The notes beneath the pieces are model-generated. The model made no database searches and was not told the DNA's origin. It saw only the letters and a list, made by a program, of their open reading frames with translations. The position numbers and the translations under genes were made by a program. This document shows positions 13,334-25,665 of a DNA stretch of 64,000 bases, in pieces. Where the stretch lies: positions 70,308,001 to 70,372,000 of the forward strand of contig OX597830.1 of NCBI GenBank assembly GCA_951406725.2. Direction: 5' to 3'. Position 1 is the first letter of the stretch; the number at the start of each line of letters is the position of its first letter. The DNA is from Octopus vulgaris. Taxonomy: Eukaryota.

Positions 13334-13668
13334 TGGAAGGTATGTTCTATAAGTATGTATATATGTATGAATAGATATATATCTGTCCATGTAGTTTACT
13401 TTTCCATTAAGCTATCATCGACAAAAAGGTGCTCCATCTGGTGAGAGGTAAATATTGAGTAGTATACACAGTATATAGTTATGAGCTACTAATAGTTTCT
13501 AAACCTTGGAGGTCTTATCAAGGCAGGTTTTAAAACACGCCTAGTGTCTCCAAGTAATCTTCAGGCTCTGATGCATACACTCATATTTTGAGTTCTATTT
13601 TTCCTGTTTGCACCAACATACCTGTATATATATGTATGTATGTATATATATATATATATATGTATATG

Positions 13669-13772
<104 letters not shown>

Positions 13773-13830
13773 CATGCATACATATATACATGCATATAGT
13801 GCCCTCTATTGCGTTTTTGTTCCATTTTTA

Positions 13831-13871
<41 letters not shown>

Positions 13872-13967
13872 GAATAAGCTAGAGTCAACAAAAAGTAGTA
13901 CGATTGGACATTTATTTTTTAATCACTACACATGCTTTCATACAACACACACACTCACACACACACA

Positions 13968-14023
<56 letters not shown>

Positions 14024-14140
14024 TATATATAGCTACAAAAACACGGATAGAGAAAATCACATTTTTAATTAAAGAATTCACCTTATAAAGCCGACAATTG
14101 TCTTAATGAGAACATCGATCTAATATCATCATTATGTTTA

Positions 14141-14275
14141 TTTTCTGAGTTAAGGTCAAGTTCCGAGGCCGATAAAAATAAGAAATACCATTCAAGTACC
14201 GGAGTCGATTTAATCCGACTAATCCCCATTTATCCAAAATATCTGGCCTTTAGCCTATGTTAGAAACAATTACTA
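14141..14275 (+). mobile_element. SINE family A fragment
   Basis: GTCGATTTAATCCGACTAATCCCC...GGCCTTTAGCCTATGTTAGAAAC, matching tail type 2. Confidence 0.65.
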
Positions 14276-14299
14276 TTTTTACATTCGGTATTCTCTGTG

Positions 14300-14700
14300 C
14301 AATGCCGGACTAGTAATATGTTAACTTTGAGTATTCAACGTAATAGATGTGGATGAGATTGTAAAAGACCGGACTGATAATATTATTATATCTAGATGAG
14401 GGTGATTCACAAGGTCGGACTAATAGCAATATTGTTAGTTAGCCTCAGTGTTCAGGGCATAGATGTTTACTTTCAGTATTCCGACAGCAGAACACTAATA
14501 AAAATATTATGTTTAGCTTGGGTGTTCAAGGCAATGAGTGTCGAAGGATATAGAATTACACCGGCCTAATAGCCGTAATCTGTGATAGTTTTTCAGGGTA
14601 AAAGATGTTTACTTCCAGCATACAGGGCAACAGAGCACCGGACTAATAACCATTGTACTATGTTTACTTTTTCAGTATTCAGAGCAATAAATATGGATTG
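14300..14700 (+). repeat. Degenerate tandem repeat (CCGGACTAATA...TGTTTACTTTCAGTATTCAGGGCAA units)
   Basis: CGGACT or CGGCCT and TGTTTACTT/GTRTTCA blocks recur at least five times. Confidence 0.6.
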
Positions 14701-15655
14701 GATAAATAGGGATATTATATTTATTTTCGTCCTATTCGTTCTGAGTTCTAATCCTGGTCGAGTAGGCTACTTAATTTGCCTTGCAAAATCGACCAATACT
14801 AATTATTAGATCCTGGCCATCCACCTTCCACACACCTCTCAAAAAAGAAAGAAAAAGGGGAAAAAATTGAAAAAGTTCGTAGTAAATTTGGGGAAGAGGG
14901 TAGATTCGATCGATTAGTATACTTTTTTTTTATATCTCTACACAAACAATTGGACGAGTAACTTAGTGAAAAGAAATCAATAATATATTTACTAATCACT
15001 AAGGGAAACGAAACCATGGAAACATAAGCTATAAAGATTAGAATGTATTGCATTGAACAAATTGGGTTTAAAATCCTTACTAATGTAAAAATGGTCATGT
15101 CAATCTCCCCCTTATCACCCATCCTCACTCACTCTCCCTCTCTCTCTCTCTGATTCTCGTTTTCTTTTCCTGTCGTTTTCCTGTTTTGTTGTTATCACTC
15201 TTTCCTTCTTCCTCTAGTGATGTCCACACGTAAAACTTGCTTCCATGCTTTCAACGTAGTTTTTCCCTTCTGTTTCTGTCATTAGATAACGCGTTAATAA
15301 ATTAATTCTTAAGGAACAATAAAGCTCACAAGAGATTAGCTGGAAAAGTATAAAAACTGACCGCTAATCGAAGATCGATATATATTGGCTACTTAGCCAG
15401 GACGAACATTTGTGACCGTTATTAATCCATTATTAATCCTTTTCGATTTTTATTAATATATATATGTATGTATGTGCGTGTCTGTTTGTACGTGTGTTTG
15501 TGTGAATGTGAATGTATAAAGAATGGGGAGAAAATATCAGCTACAGTTAATTAATAGCAATATATATATATACTCGCACATGAATATATGTATACATTTA
15601 TACACACATGTATATGTGTATGCATATATGTAAGTATACATACATACAGACAGAC

Positions 15656-15704
<49 letters not shown>

Positions 15705-16018
15705 GACATGTATGACCTAGTTATGAATATATTTCCGAGTAAATACTCATTCATGTATCTATACAAATACATGCACGCATACATGTACTGAGTGTGTTAA
15801 TTCATACTATATTTATTCATACTATATGTCGTATGATAGCATATTTATGAACATATATACGTATACACACAAATATATATATCTATATACACAAACACAT
15901 CGTGAAAAGTTTCGAGAAAAAATTCCGCGTGCTGAATTGTACTGATAAATATAAAAAGGAAAATATACAGAAATTCTATGATATATATATATATATATAG
16001 GAAATAAAATATTTACAT

Positions 16019-16051
16019 AGTCGACCAGTTTCACTTATGCTAATCATGACT
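16019..16051 (-). ncRNA. Degenerate minimal hammerhead motif
   Basis: Minus strand AGTC-ATGATTA-GC-ATAA-GT-GAAAC-TG-GTC-GACT: stem I 4 bp, stem II 2 bp, GUC triplet, two substitutions in the CUGANGA box. Confidence 0.4.
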
Positions 16052-16319
16052 AAGTAGTCAGCGATAATGCTACAATTTTATATCATAAATTTCCTTTCCA
16101 AATTCGTAGGAGGAAAGATAGCTTGCTAATAAACTACCCGGTTACTCGGTATTAACCTATCGGTTTGACGGATGTTCCATTTAGTATTCGGTGTCGATGA
16201 TTTTGAAATTAACGATGAAATCACCAGATGCGGTAGTTTCATCTACAAGTGCTACATAAATTTTGTAAACCGTGTTATCTGTGTTTTTTAGCACCTAACG
16301 TTTACACGAGATGATTTGG

Positions 16320-16586
16320 ACATGCAAATTATGATTTTCAAGTACCAGTGGTGGAAGTGGTGGTGAACGACTAACACAAACACACACTGAGACGCACACA
16401 CCCACACACACACATACAGCATACACACACATACGCATACACACACATACGCATACACACACGTATACGGTGGGTTTCCACACAGATTACCAAAGCATTC
16501 GACCCTCCGGGGCTGGAGTAAAAGAGAATTGCTGAAACGAAATGATTGCAAAGCGAGCTTCGTAACCATATAGCCGTGCCTGAGCC
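16320..16586 (-). mobile_element. SINE family B, degenerate
   Basis: Head reverse complement AGGCTCAGGCACGGCTATATGGTTACGAAGCTCGCTT; internal (CA)-rich tract. Confidence 0.6.
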
Positions 16587-16644
<58 letters not shown>

Positions 16645-17396
16645 CACATAGTTGTGTGTGTGTTCGCGCGAATGTGTGCATGTGCGTGTGCACTGTCTAT
16701 ATGTGTCTGTGTAAGTGGGAGCTTGGTAATTATCCAGTGTTGCCAGTCATTTAATTATATAACACCATATACGTGCTAATGAACATTTCCTCATTTATAT
16801 TTAGTTAGCAGTGTTAATATGGGGGAGAGAAAAAACTAATTATACTTCCCTAAATCATTCTCTAATGAAGCACATCTCGTATACTCTACCAGCTTAAGCA
16901 GCATAACCAAACCAAGAACTAGAAAGCGGTTTCTGCTATTTTGATTAAAGTTTTCAATATTGCAGCCATATTTCCGTTAATTAGCTCAACTCGCGACTCG
17001 TCTGTCTACAAAATTTAGACCATTTGTTTAAGGATCTATTGAACGTAGCATTGCACACGAAATTATACACCCTGGGGCAACGTAATTACAACAAATAAAG
17101 ACTGCTACTGCAAATTGTCCCTTTGATCATTTCGTTTTACTAAATAATTTTTTGCCGATGGACTCCAATACTAGTTACCGTAGAGCTGTAAATAACTACT
17201 CTCGCAACAAATTTTCCATTAGGTCATTTGATATCGATTCTGCATTGAATAATTACAGATATCTTTATACATGCAGCTCACTCTGGCTATGGCCGTTAAT
17301 ACAAGGAAGATAACTATCCCCTCACAGCACGAGGACGAGGGCAAATTGAAGGATTGTTTGGGGGTAAGTTCTCTTCTGTTGAAGTAAATCTATTAC

Positions 17397-17991
17397 TTTT
17401 TTCTACTGTAGACACAAAACCTGAAATTTGTTGGGGAGGGGCTAGTACTTACTTGTACTTGTGGCGACATTCACCCTGGGCGGGTTGAGTCGGCTTCTTC
17501 TACCACCCTCGAGGCATCTCGAACCATGGCGGTAGAAGAAGTTTCGTGGGAATATGAATTTCACAAGCGGTCCCCAACAATCCCGCATGTAGAGACATCC
17601 TGTTTGCTGCAGATTGTCCGCAGACGCAGGGACAGAACGACAGAGGAGCCGCCGGTTGCCGAAACAGACACTCTGAGGATTTTCTGCCGGGTTGTGGCCC
17701 TAATACCACTCGGTGTCAGACCAATCCGCCTTGGGTGGCCCTACCAGGAACCGAAGTTCCCGACGGCATAGCTCTGACACTACCCGTTGCCAGCGTCCCC
17801 ACCATGGTGAGGAGGGGATGGATTTTGGGGGGCTAGTCGATTACCTCGACCCAAATTTTTCACTGATACTTATATAATCGATCGCGAAAGGATGAAAGGT
17901 AAAGTCGATTTGAACTCACAACGTGAAGACGGACGAAATGCCTCCAATCATTTTTTCCAAGCGCGCTTACCATTCTGCTAGCTCGCCATCT
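17397..17991 (-). mobile_element. SINE family A interrupted by an RTE-derived insertion
   Basis: Tail at 17397-17446, body and head at 17829-17991, with GGGGCTAGT duplicated at the break. Confidence 0.8.
17447..17828 (-). mobile_element. Short non-autonomous bipartite RTE-derived retroelement (5' UTR joined to 3' end)
   Basis: Minus-strand 5' part GAGCTATGCCG...AGGGCCACCCAAGGCGGA..GGTC resembles the RTE/BovB 5' UTR. The 3' end is CAACCCGCCCAGGGTGAATGTCGCCACAAGTACAAGTAAGT with an (AAGT)-type tail. TSD GGGGCTAGT at 17438-17446 and 17829-17837. Confidence 0.72.
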
Positions 17992-18166
17992 TTGAGTATA
18001 TTTATTAATGGCACTTTCGTTTATCGGTGCTGAAGGCATGAAAAGCAAAATATCTCGAAAAGGAGTTGCCAAACCTGATAATCTACATAAAAATCGGTCA
18101 TAATCTGTTGCCGTAAGCAAATAGATTGGTGGCTATAGACTCTGGGCGTCAGTTGTACCGCCTTTT

Positions 18167-18263
18167 AATATAATATAATATAATATAATATAATATAATA
18201 TAATATAATATAATATAACATAATATAATATAACATAATATAATATAATATAATATAATATAA
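18167..18263 (+). repeat. (TAATA)n pentanucleotide microsatellite
   Basis: Directly visible. Confidence 0.97.
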
Positions 18264-18455
18264 TGTATGCTATCACGCACACACACACAAACACACACAC
18301 AGAGCTGTAACAATAAAAAGACCCAGTTCTTGCAATTTTAACCAGATAATGAATAATTGGAAAGGAATTAGTGATAAGGACAGATACACATACGCATGCC
18401 TGTACACGTCACACACTATGTCACATACATACTAGCGTACATACGCTCTCCATCT

Positions 18456-18492
<37 letters not shown>

Positions 18493-18956
18493 CTTTCTCT
18501 ATCTCTCACTCGCTTACGCGCACATGCATACGTACACACATACATGCTTTTCAATTATTAACCGGATAGAGAAAGTTCATCAACGAGTAATATTAGAAAC
18601 AAATTAGAATGGAAATCTACTGAACTTTTTGTTTGTTAAGGGGTTAAACACAATAATGAATACAAAACAACAAAAAGACATAATGTTATCGTAAAATCAC
18701 ACTTTTATGAGAAAAGGATTCTTAATCGATTTTTTATGATGATAATTGCATTAATTATAAAATTGGTTTTGGTATCGGGGTGGGAAACGGGTGTTTGTAT
18801 TATTGCTAGTGCTTCCGATTCACCAACCACAAAGTTTATGTACCGAGTACTTGCTGTCTCCAATTCATGCTTCGTCGATTTGCAAACCAGCCGGTCGGTA
18901 AGTCGATAGAGTTTGGACCAAAGAGAACATTGTTTAATTACCGCCCGCGTCAACCA

Positions 18957-19263
18957 TTTCTTCTTCTTCTTCTTCTTCTTCTTCTTCTTCTTCTTCTTCT
19001 TCTTCTTCTTCTTCTTCTTCTTCTTCTTCTTCTTCTTCTTCTTCTTCTTCTTCTTCTTCTTCTTCTTCTTCTTCTTCTTCTTCTTCTTCTTCTTCTTCTT
19101 CTTCTTCTTCTTCTTCTTCTTCTTCTTCTTCTTCTTCTTCTTCTTCTTCTTCTTCTTCTTCTTCTCCTCCTCTTCTTCTTCTTCTTCTTCTTCTTCTTCT
19201 TCTTCTTCTTCTTCTTCTTCTTCTTCTTCTTCTTCTTCTTCTTCTTCTTCTTCTTCTTCTTCT
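18957..19263 (+). repeat. (TTC)n, about 100 units, one interruption
   Basis: Directly visible. Confidence 0.99.
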
Positions 19264-19361
19264 CCTGTCTTTTGTCTTTTTAAATTAGATTTTTCGGGCG
19301 AGTCACACGCAAAAAAAAACTCTTGTTTTAATATGAAGTAAGTGTACGAGTTCCAATACTT

Positions 19362-19512
19362 TATGTTGCGAGTTCAAATCCTGCTAGAGTTAACTTAGCC
19401 CTCAATCCTTCTAGGATCTATGAAATAAAGTACCGGTCAAATTTTGGAGTGATGGGATCGACTAGCCCCTCCCCTCAAATTACCGGTAATGTACCTAAGT
19501 CAGAAACCCTTG
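19362..19512 (+). mobile_element. SINE family A, 5'-truncated
   Basis: GAGTTCAAATCCTGCT B-box, AAAGTACCGGTC, ATCGACTAGCCCCTCCCCTCAAAT tail type 2. Confidence 0.75.
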
Positions 19513-19541
19513 TAATTCGTTTCGCTGTTGTTGTGGCTGAG

Positions 19542-19626
<85 letters not shown>

Positions 19627-20210
19627 TTATTATAATTCAGATGTGCTGCAAGTAACGTGTCCTTTCTTTCTTGAAGAGAATATGTGCGTGTGTGTGATTT
19701 GGAAAATATTTGGCTTCAATTTCTAGCAATGAAGTGAACGTGTTGCAGTGTAGAAATGAGGAAGATAATATGCGATTCTTGAGCTCCTTATGCGTGGGAG
19801 GCCTTCAGGAAGAGCACGGGAATTTTGCAATAAAAATAACATTTTAGTTCATTAGAAATTATTTATCATATTCATTCATTCATTAAGTATACGAGCACAT
19901 CATTAAATGGTTAGATTAGGATTTTTATTTCTCATTTTCGTATGTATATAATTACATTTTCACAAGAAATATAATTGCATTTTTCCCTCACGTTTGTTTT
20001 TTCTCATGCAGCCATATTAGATTGAATTATTTTTCAAAATGGCTGCGGCCTTTAAATACGAGAAGGCCCCCTGCCTCTGCTGTAAAACCCTCACCTGTTG
20101 ACTTGTAAAGGTTCAGAGATTCATTCAACACGTATGACTTTCATTTACCACGTTATTATTAACACCTTCTGTTTGTTTAGTCACTCGTACACACACACGC
20201 ATACAGACAC

Positions 20211-20263
<53 letters not shown>

Positions 20264-20280
20264 GTTCAAATTTAGAGAAC

Positions 20281-20390
20281 AAAAGACGAAGACAGGTGAA
20301 GGAACAACAAACAGCCAAGCAGGTGAATTAATTTAACGTTCAGGAAGAATGGAAAAGTCTTAGACGTTTCGAGCCTACTGCCAGCAGAAA

Positions 20391-20392
<2 letters not shown>
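20281..20392 (-). mobile_element. Penelope-like terminal repeat fragment (same family as 49380-49557)
   Basis: Reverse complement TCCTTTCTGC...GTAGGCTCGAAACGTCTAAGACTTTTCC...CACCTGTCTTCGTCTTTTGTTC aligns to 49431-49540. Confidence 0.6.
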
Positions 20393-20426
<34 letters not shown>

Positions 20427-20460
20427 ACAGGTTGTATATATGTAAATATATATATATATA

Positions 20461-20683
20461 TCGCTTGTTGATTGAACTCTTAGGAATCTCCTACACAATT
20501 TTTGGTTATTGCTTCCGCTGTGGTTTCGGTTTCGTGTCTGACTCGAAGTTGCAGATCTCTGGTCAAAGATTCTAACATTTCTGTTGAAACACAATACTTT
20601 TATTTCGGATCGTAATTAGTATGGACTACAGTTTAAACATCTCTAGAATGTGATTTGGAAGACTTTTGGCTGTTATTCCTTCC
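20461..20683 (+). repeat. Copy 1 of a 223-bp direct duplication
   Basis: About 4 mismatches against 22477-22699. Confidence 0.95.
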
Positions 20684-21492
20684 ACAACCTGTTGAAATAC
20701 CAGTCAAATGTCAACAGGTCACACTGCCGATATAATTTTAAAGTACACTTCGAATAATGTAGACTAAGATACACTAATTTAGATAGAGAAAGTGAGAGAG
20801 AAAATGAGGGACGGAGAGAGAAGAAGAAGGAGAGAAAGAAAGAGAGAAAACGCCTACGATGACTCTGGTCCCAAGTTATATCGTCCATTGCCATTCGTTT
20901 AGACAACAGATTAGATCTCTCTTTAAAGACGCGATGATGAGATTTGAGGGAGATGTAGGGTCCGTTTTTAACATAATGTTGCGATATGGTTTATGCTAAA
21001 TAAAATTGCGGTCGTCATTCCATCACTCTACTCCGTTTCGGTTCATTTCATTTGTTAATGATGATACAAGAGCGAGCCATGAGCTTCCTGAATACGAAAG
21101 GGTTGAGGTTAAAAACGATAAAAGACCTCGAAGGGATGGGGTTGGGGGTGGCGAGCAGGAGGGAAAAAACAGGGGCAAAGTGCAGTAGCAGCAGTAGTGG
21201 TATGTAACAATGTCGAAGAAACAAACGAAGAAGAAGAAACAAGAAAAAGAAAGAATGAAGGAAGAGAAGGAGGGGAGGAGGATGAGAAGACGAAGAAAAA
21301 GAAGAAAACGAAGAAGAATGAAATTGGAGGATGGGTGGGGATGAGGAAGAGAAGAAGGAGAAAGAGCAAGGATAACCGTGGGAATTTCTTGGTGAAGTCA
21401 AAGGGTGTGGGGTTTTGTAGTTTAACTTTCAAAAGGATAAGGGGGTACTGTGTTTTATATATAAGGACGGGTACTTGAGATAATTCTAAAAA

Positions 21493-21561
<69 letters not shown>

Positions 21562-21594
21562 GCTTAAAACAGTGCCGTTATAGTTAAATACCAA

Positions 21595-22360
21595 CAATGT
21601 GGGTGGTGCTGATACTCGCAGTGGGTGGTGACATTTTATAGCAAGTTGTTGTTGTTGGTGGTGGTGATGGTGGTCGTGGTGGTGGTGCTGTTATGGTGAT
21701 AATATAAAGCAGTAGTAGTAGTACTGTTGTTGATAGTGGTATGGCAGTGGTGGTGTTGAAGGTGGTCGTGGTAGTGGTGGAGATATCTGAAGCAGCTGTA
21801 GTAGTGGAGATAGTCGGTTGTTGTTTTGGTGACTGTGCGGGGGGTGGGGACGGTAGCGGAGAGGATGGTAATAGTAGCGGTGGTAGTATTGGTAGTATTA
21901 ATGGTGGTAGTGTGGTACTGTTGATATTGATAGCCTGGTAATGATGTGGCGATGGTGGTAGTGGTGGTAATGGCGATGGACAGCTGCGATAATGTTTGTA
22001 GTGGTGATGGCGGTAGTAATGGTAGTGTAGTGGTGATGGCGGTGGTGTTGGTGGGTGGTGGTGGTGGTGGTGGTGGTGGTGGTGGTGATGATGGCGGAGG
22101 TAATGGTAGTGGTGGTGGGGGTGATGGTGGTGGTGATGGTGGTGGTGATGGTGGTGGTAGTGGTGGTGACGGTTGTGGTGGTGGTGGTGGTGGTGGTGGT
22201 GGTGGTGGTGGTGGTGGTGGTGGTGGTGGTGGTGGTGGTGGTGGTGGTGGTGGTGGTGATGATGGCGGAGGTAATGGTAGTGGTGGTGGGGGTGATGGTG
22301 GGTGGTGGTAGTGGTGGTGACGGTTGTGGTGGTGGTGGGGGTGATGATGGCGGTGGTGCT
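21595..22360 (+). repeat. GGT/GTA/GAT low-complexity tract with internal block duplication
   Basis: (GGT)n runs; the block GATGATGGCGGAGGTAATGGTAGTGGTGGTGGGGGTGATGG occurs at about 22087 and about 22258. Confidence 0.95.
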
Positions 22361-22476
22361 AACTGCATCATCTTAATATGACTCGTCCGTTCAAATATAG
22401 AAGAATTGGCTTTAAACTGAAAGAGATTCGGTAGCTATTTCTAGCGAAACAGCGACCGCGTGGTGCCCACCATCCA

Positions 22477-22699
22477 TCGCTTGTTGATTGAACTCTTAGG
22501 AATCTCCTACACAATTTTTGGTTATTGCTTCCGCTGTGGTTTCGGTTTCGTGTCTGACGCGAAGTTGCAGATCTCTGGTCAAAGATTCTAACATTTCTGT
22601 TGAAACACAATACTTTTATTTCGGATCGTAATTAGTATGGACTACAGTTTAAAAATCTCTACAATGTGATTTGGAAGACTTTTGGCTGTTATACCTTCC
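22477..22699 (+). repeat. Copy 2 of the 223-bp direct duplication
   Basis: About 98% identical to 20461-20683. Confidence 0.95.
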
Positions 22700-22819
22700 C
22701 TGATCCAACAGGCCTATAGTCAAATGCATTCCGTCTGTGGCCATCTCACCTTCTTATTTATAAACGTTTAAGACAACGTGTATTTAATACTATGTTATCC
22801 AACATAACCAGTATTTTCT

Positions 22820-23442
22820 TTAACTCTTTAGTGTCTAAACCGTGGAGGCCCAATGGCCCAGTGGTTAGGGCAGCGGACTCGCAGTCATAGGATCGCGGTT
22901 TCGATTCCCAGACCGGGCGTTGTGAGTGTTTATTGAGCCAAAACACCTAAAAGCTCCTCGAGGCTCCGGCAGGGGATGGTGGTGATCCCTACTGTACTCT
23001 TTCACCACAACTTTCTCTCACTCTTACTTCCTGTTTCTATTGTACCTGTATTTCAAAGGGCCGGCCTTGTCACTCTCTCTGTCACGCTGAATATCCCCGA
23101 GAACTACGTTAAGGGTGCACGTGTCTGTGGAGTGCTCAGCCACTTACACGTTAATTTCACGAGTAGGCTGTTCCGTTGATTCGGATCAACCGGAACCCTC
23201 ATCGTCGTAACCGACGGAGTGCTTAAAAAAAGTGTCTAAACCGGTCATATCAAGTCAAAATATTCTACCGTTTTATGTATAATCAACCAGATCTTGCCTC
23301 TCACACCTACCTTACAATATTATTCTAAAAATAAACAATTTCATCATTGATATCTCAAAGCTACAAGACAATGCACGATTAATTGAACTCAATGTGAATA
23401 AACATTACATTTGACAGAAAAATTCGAATGTTAAATAATTAA
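22820..23442. mobile_element. Decayed piggyBac-like MITE hosting a SINE
   Basis: TTAA at both ends with degenerate terminal repeats (TTAACTCTTTAGTGT ... GAATGTTAAATAATTAA). The family assignment is partly from recollection of octopus repeats. Confidence 0.45.
22843..23230 (+). mobile_element. Full-length tRNA-derived SINE family C (about 390 bp)
   Basis: A-box TGGCCCAGTGGTTAGG, B-box GTTTCGATTCC, short A tail, and a 13-bp TSD AGTGTCTAAACCG at 22830-22842 and 23231-23243. Confidence 0.93.
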
Positions 23443-23614
23443 ATTCAGAAGCGTTATTTGAGAAAAGTTCGGGCAGCTACTTCTAGCCTGCCGATCGAAC
23501 ACGATCATCCGAGTGTCCTATAGGGATGTAGAGCATAATGATACAGTTTAGCGTCTGATAAAAGGAGCAGAGAGATAAAATGATAATTAAAAAAATTTCA
23601 AATACTACTAATAA

Positions 23615-23873
23615 TAATGATGTTTGCAAATTTTGGCGCAAGGCCAACACATTTTAGGGACGCAACGAAGTTGATTACTTCGACCATTAAGTGATCAGTA
23701 GGTACGTATTTTATAGACCTCAAGCGAAAGAAAAGGGGTAAAAGCGATTTCGGCGGGTATTTAATGCAGGAAGTAAACAGCCGGGACAAATCATGACCCC
23801 TTTTATGATGATGATAATGATGATGATAATGATGATTATGACGATAATAAAAATGATGATGATAATAATAATG

Positions 23874-23938
<65 letters not shown>

Positions 23939-24150
23939 CTGTTCTACTAAAGGCACAAGGCCTGAAATTTTGTGGGAGGGGACTAGTCGATTACATCGAA
24001 CCCAATGTTTCACTGGTGCTTAATTTGTCGACCCCGAAAGGATGAAATCCAGAGTCGACCCCGGCGGAATTTGAACTCAGAACATAACGACGGACGAAAT
24101 ACCGCTAAGCATTTTGTCCAGCGTGCTAATGATTGTGGCCGGTGATTAAC

Positions 24151-24183
<33 letters not shown>

Positions 24184-24350
24184 CCTCTCTACTATAAGCA
24201 AAAGGCCTGAAATTTGAGGGGAGGGAGGTTCACTCGATTAAATCGACCCCAGTACTCAACTGGGACTTATTCCATCGAACTCAGAAAGTAAAGAGCCGGA
24301 AAAAAATATCGTTAAGCATTTAGTTCGGAGTGCTAAAGATTTTGCCAGTA
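23615..24350 (-). mobile_element. Three head-to-tail SINE family A copies (about 23615-23790, 23938-24142, 24183-24350) separated by (TAA)n
   Basis: Each carries the AAGGCCTGAAATTT...TCGATTA tail and body motifs. Confidence 0.85.
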
Positions 24351-24601
24351 CATCACTCTCAGTAGGAAATCAATCCATCCAACCATCGTTGTTGCTTACT
24401 TTTTTCCTGTCGGCGTCATGGGGTGAGGATAGACGGGATAGAGGGGAAAAATCCTCAGACACGCCCTCTAGAGGGTCCTATCAGATTCAATAGTCAACAA
24501 ATAGAGATGATGATGATGATGATAATGGTGAAAATATTAATAATAGTAATTGTAATAATTATAAAAATAATAATCTTAATAATAATAATAATAATAACAA
24601 A

Positions 24602-24657
<56 letters not shown>

Positions 24658-24970
24658 TGATGATAATAATAATAATTATAGTAATAAACCATCGGTCCAG
24701 TTTATATTTATTTAGTATTCTTCTGTTCATCATATAAATTTTTTAACGAAACTTATTAAAAAAAAAAATATATATTTACTAATGAATAATTTATGTTTTT
24801 ATAATTGGTATAATAAATATGTATATACAAATTTATAGATTATATAACAAATAAATATTCAAAGTATACCTAATATATATACATATATATATATAAACAC
24901 ACATATATGTATTATATTATATATTATATATATATTACATATGTATATACACACACACACACACACACAC

Positions 24971-25025
<55 letters not shown>

Positions 25026-25377
25026 TATATGTATATATAAATGTATATACATATATATTTATATATATGTTTGAGGGTACGAGAACACTCCTATGTACAC
25101 GCACATACGCACACACACAAATATATATTTACGTAGAGGCAAACTGATGCATTCGCACAAACACACGATTACTCATACATATATACGCACACAAATATAC
25201 ATACATACGCTCATACAAGCACGCGATAATTAGTTGTCTAACAAGCTATATCTACCAACACCTTTATCGATATTTATATCTATCTAACTATTTTATACAT
25301 ATAAACATACATGCATGCATGCATACATACATACATACATATACATACACACACCCATATATTTATATATACATATA

Positions 25378-25435
<58 letters not shown>

Positions 25436-25453
25436 TATAATATATGGCGGGCC

Positions 25454-25665
25454 GAAGAAGAAGAAGAAGAAGAAGATATATAGAAGTATATAGATAGAAG
25501 AAGAAGAAGACAGAAGAAGAGCCGAAGAAGAAGAAGAAGAAGAAGAAGAAGAAGAAGAAGAAGAAGAAGAAGAAGAAGAAGAAGAAGAAGAAGAAGAAGA
25601 AGAAGAAGAAGAAGAAGAAGAAGAAGAAGAAGAAGAAGAAGAAGAAGAAGAAGAAGAAGAAGAAG
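25454..25665 (+). repeat. (GAA)n tract
   Basis: Directly visible. Confidence 0.98.

Noticed and set aside
21898-22381. Gly-rich, Thr-rich or Val-rich protein ORFs
   Set aside because: Open in several frames on both strands because of (GGT)n; no unique coding context
22843-22920. tRNA gene
   Set aside because: It is a SINE head: no complete cloverleaf, and it continues into a repeat body with a TSD
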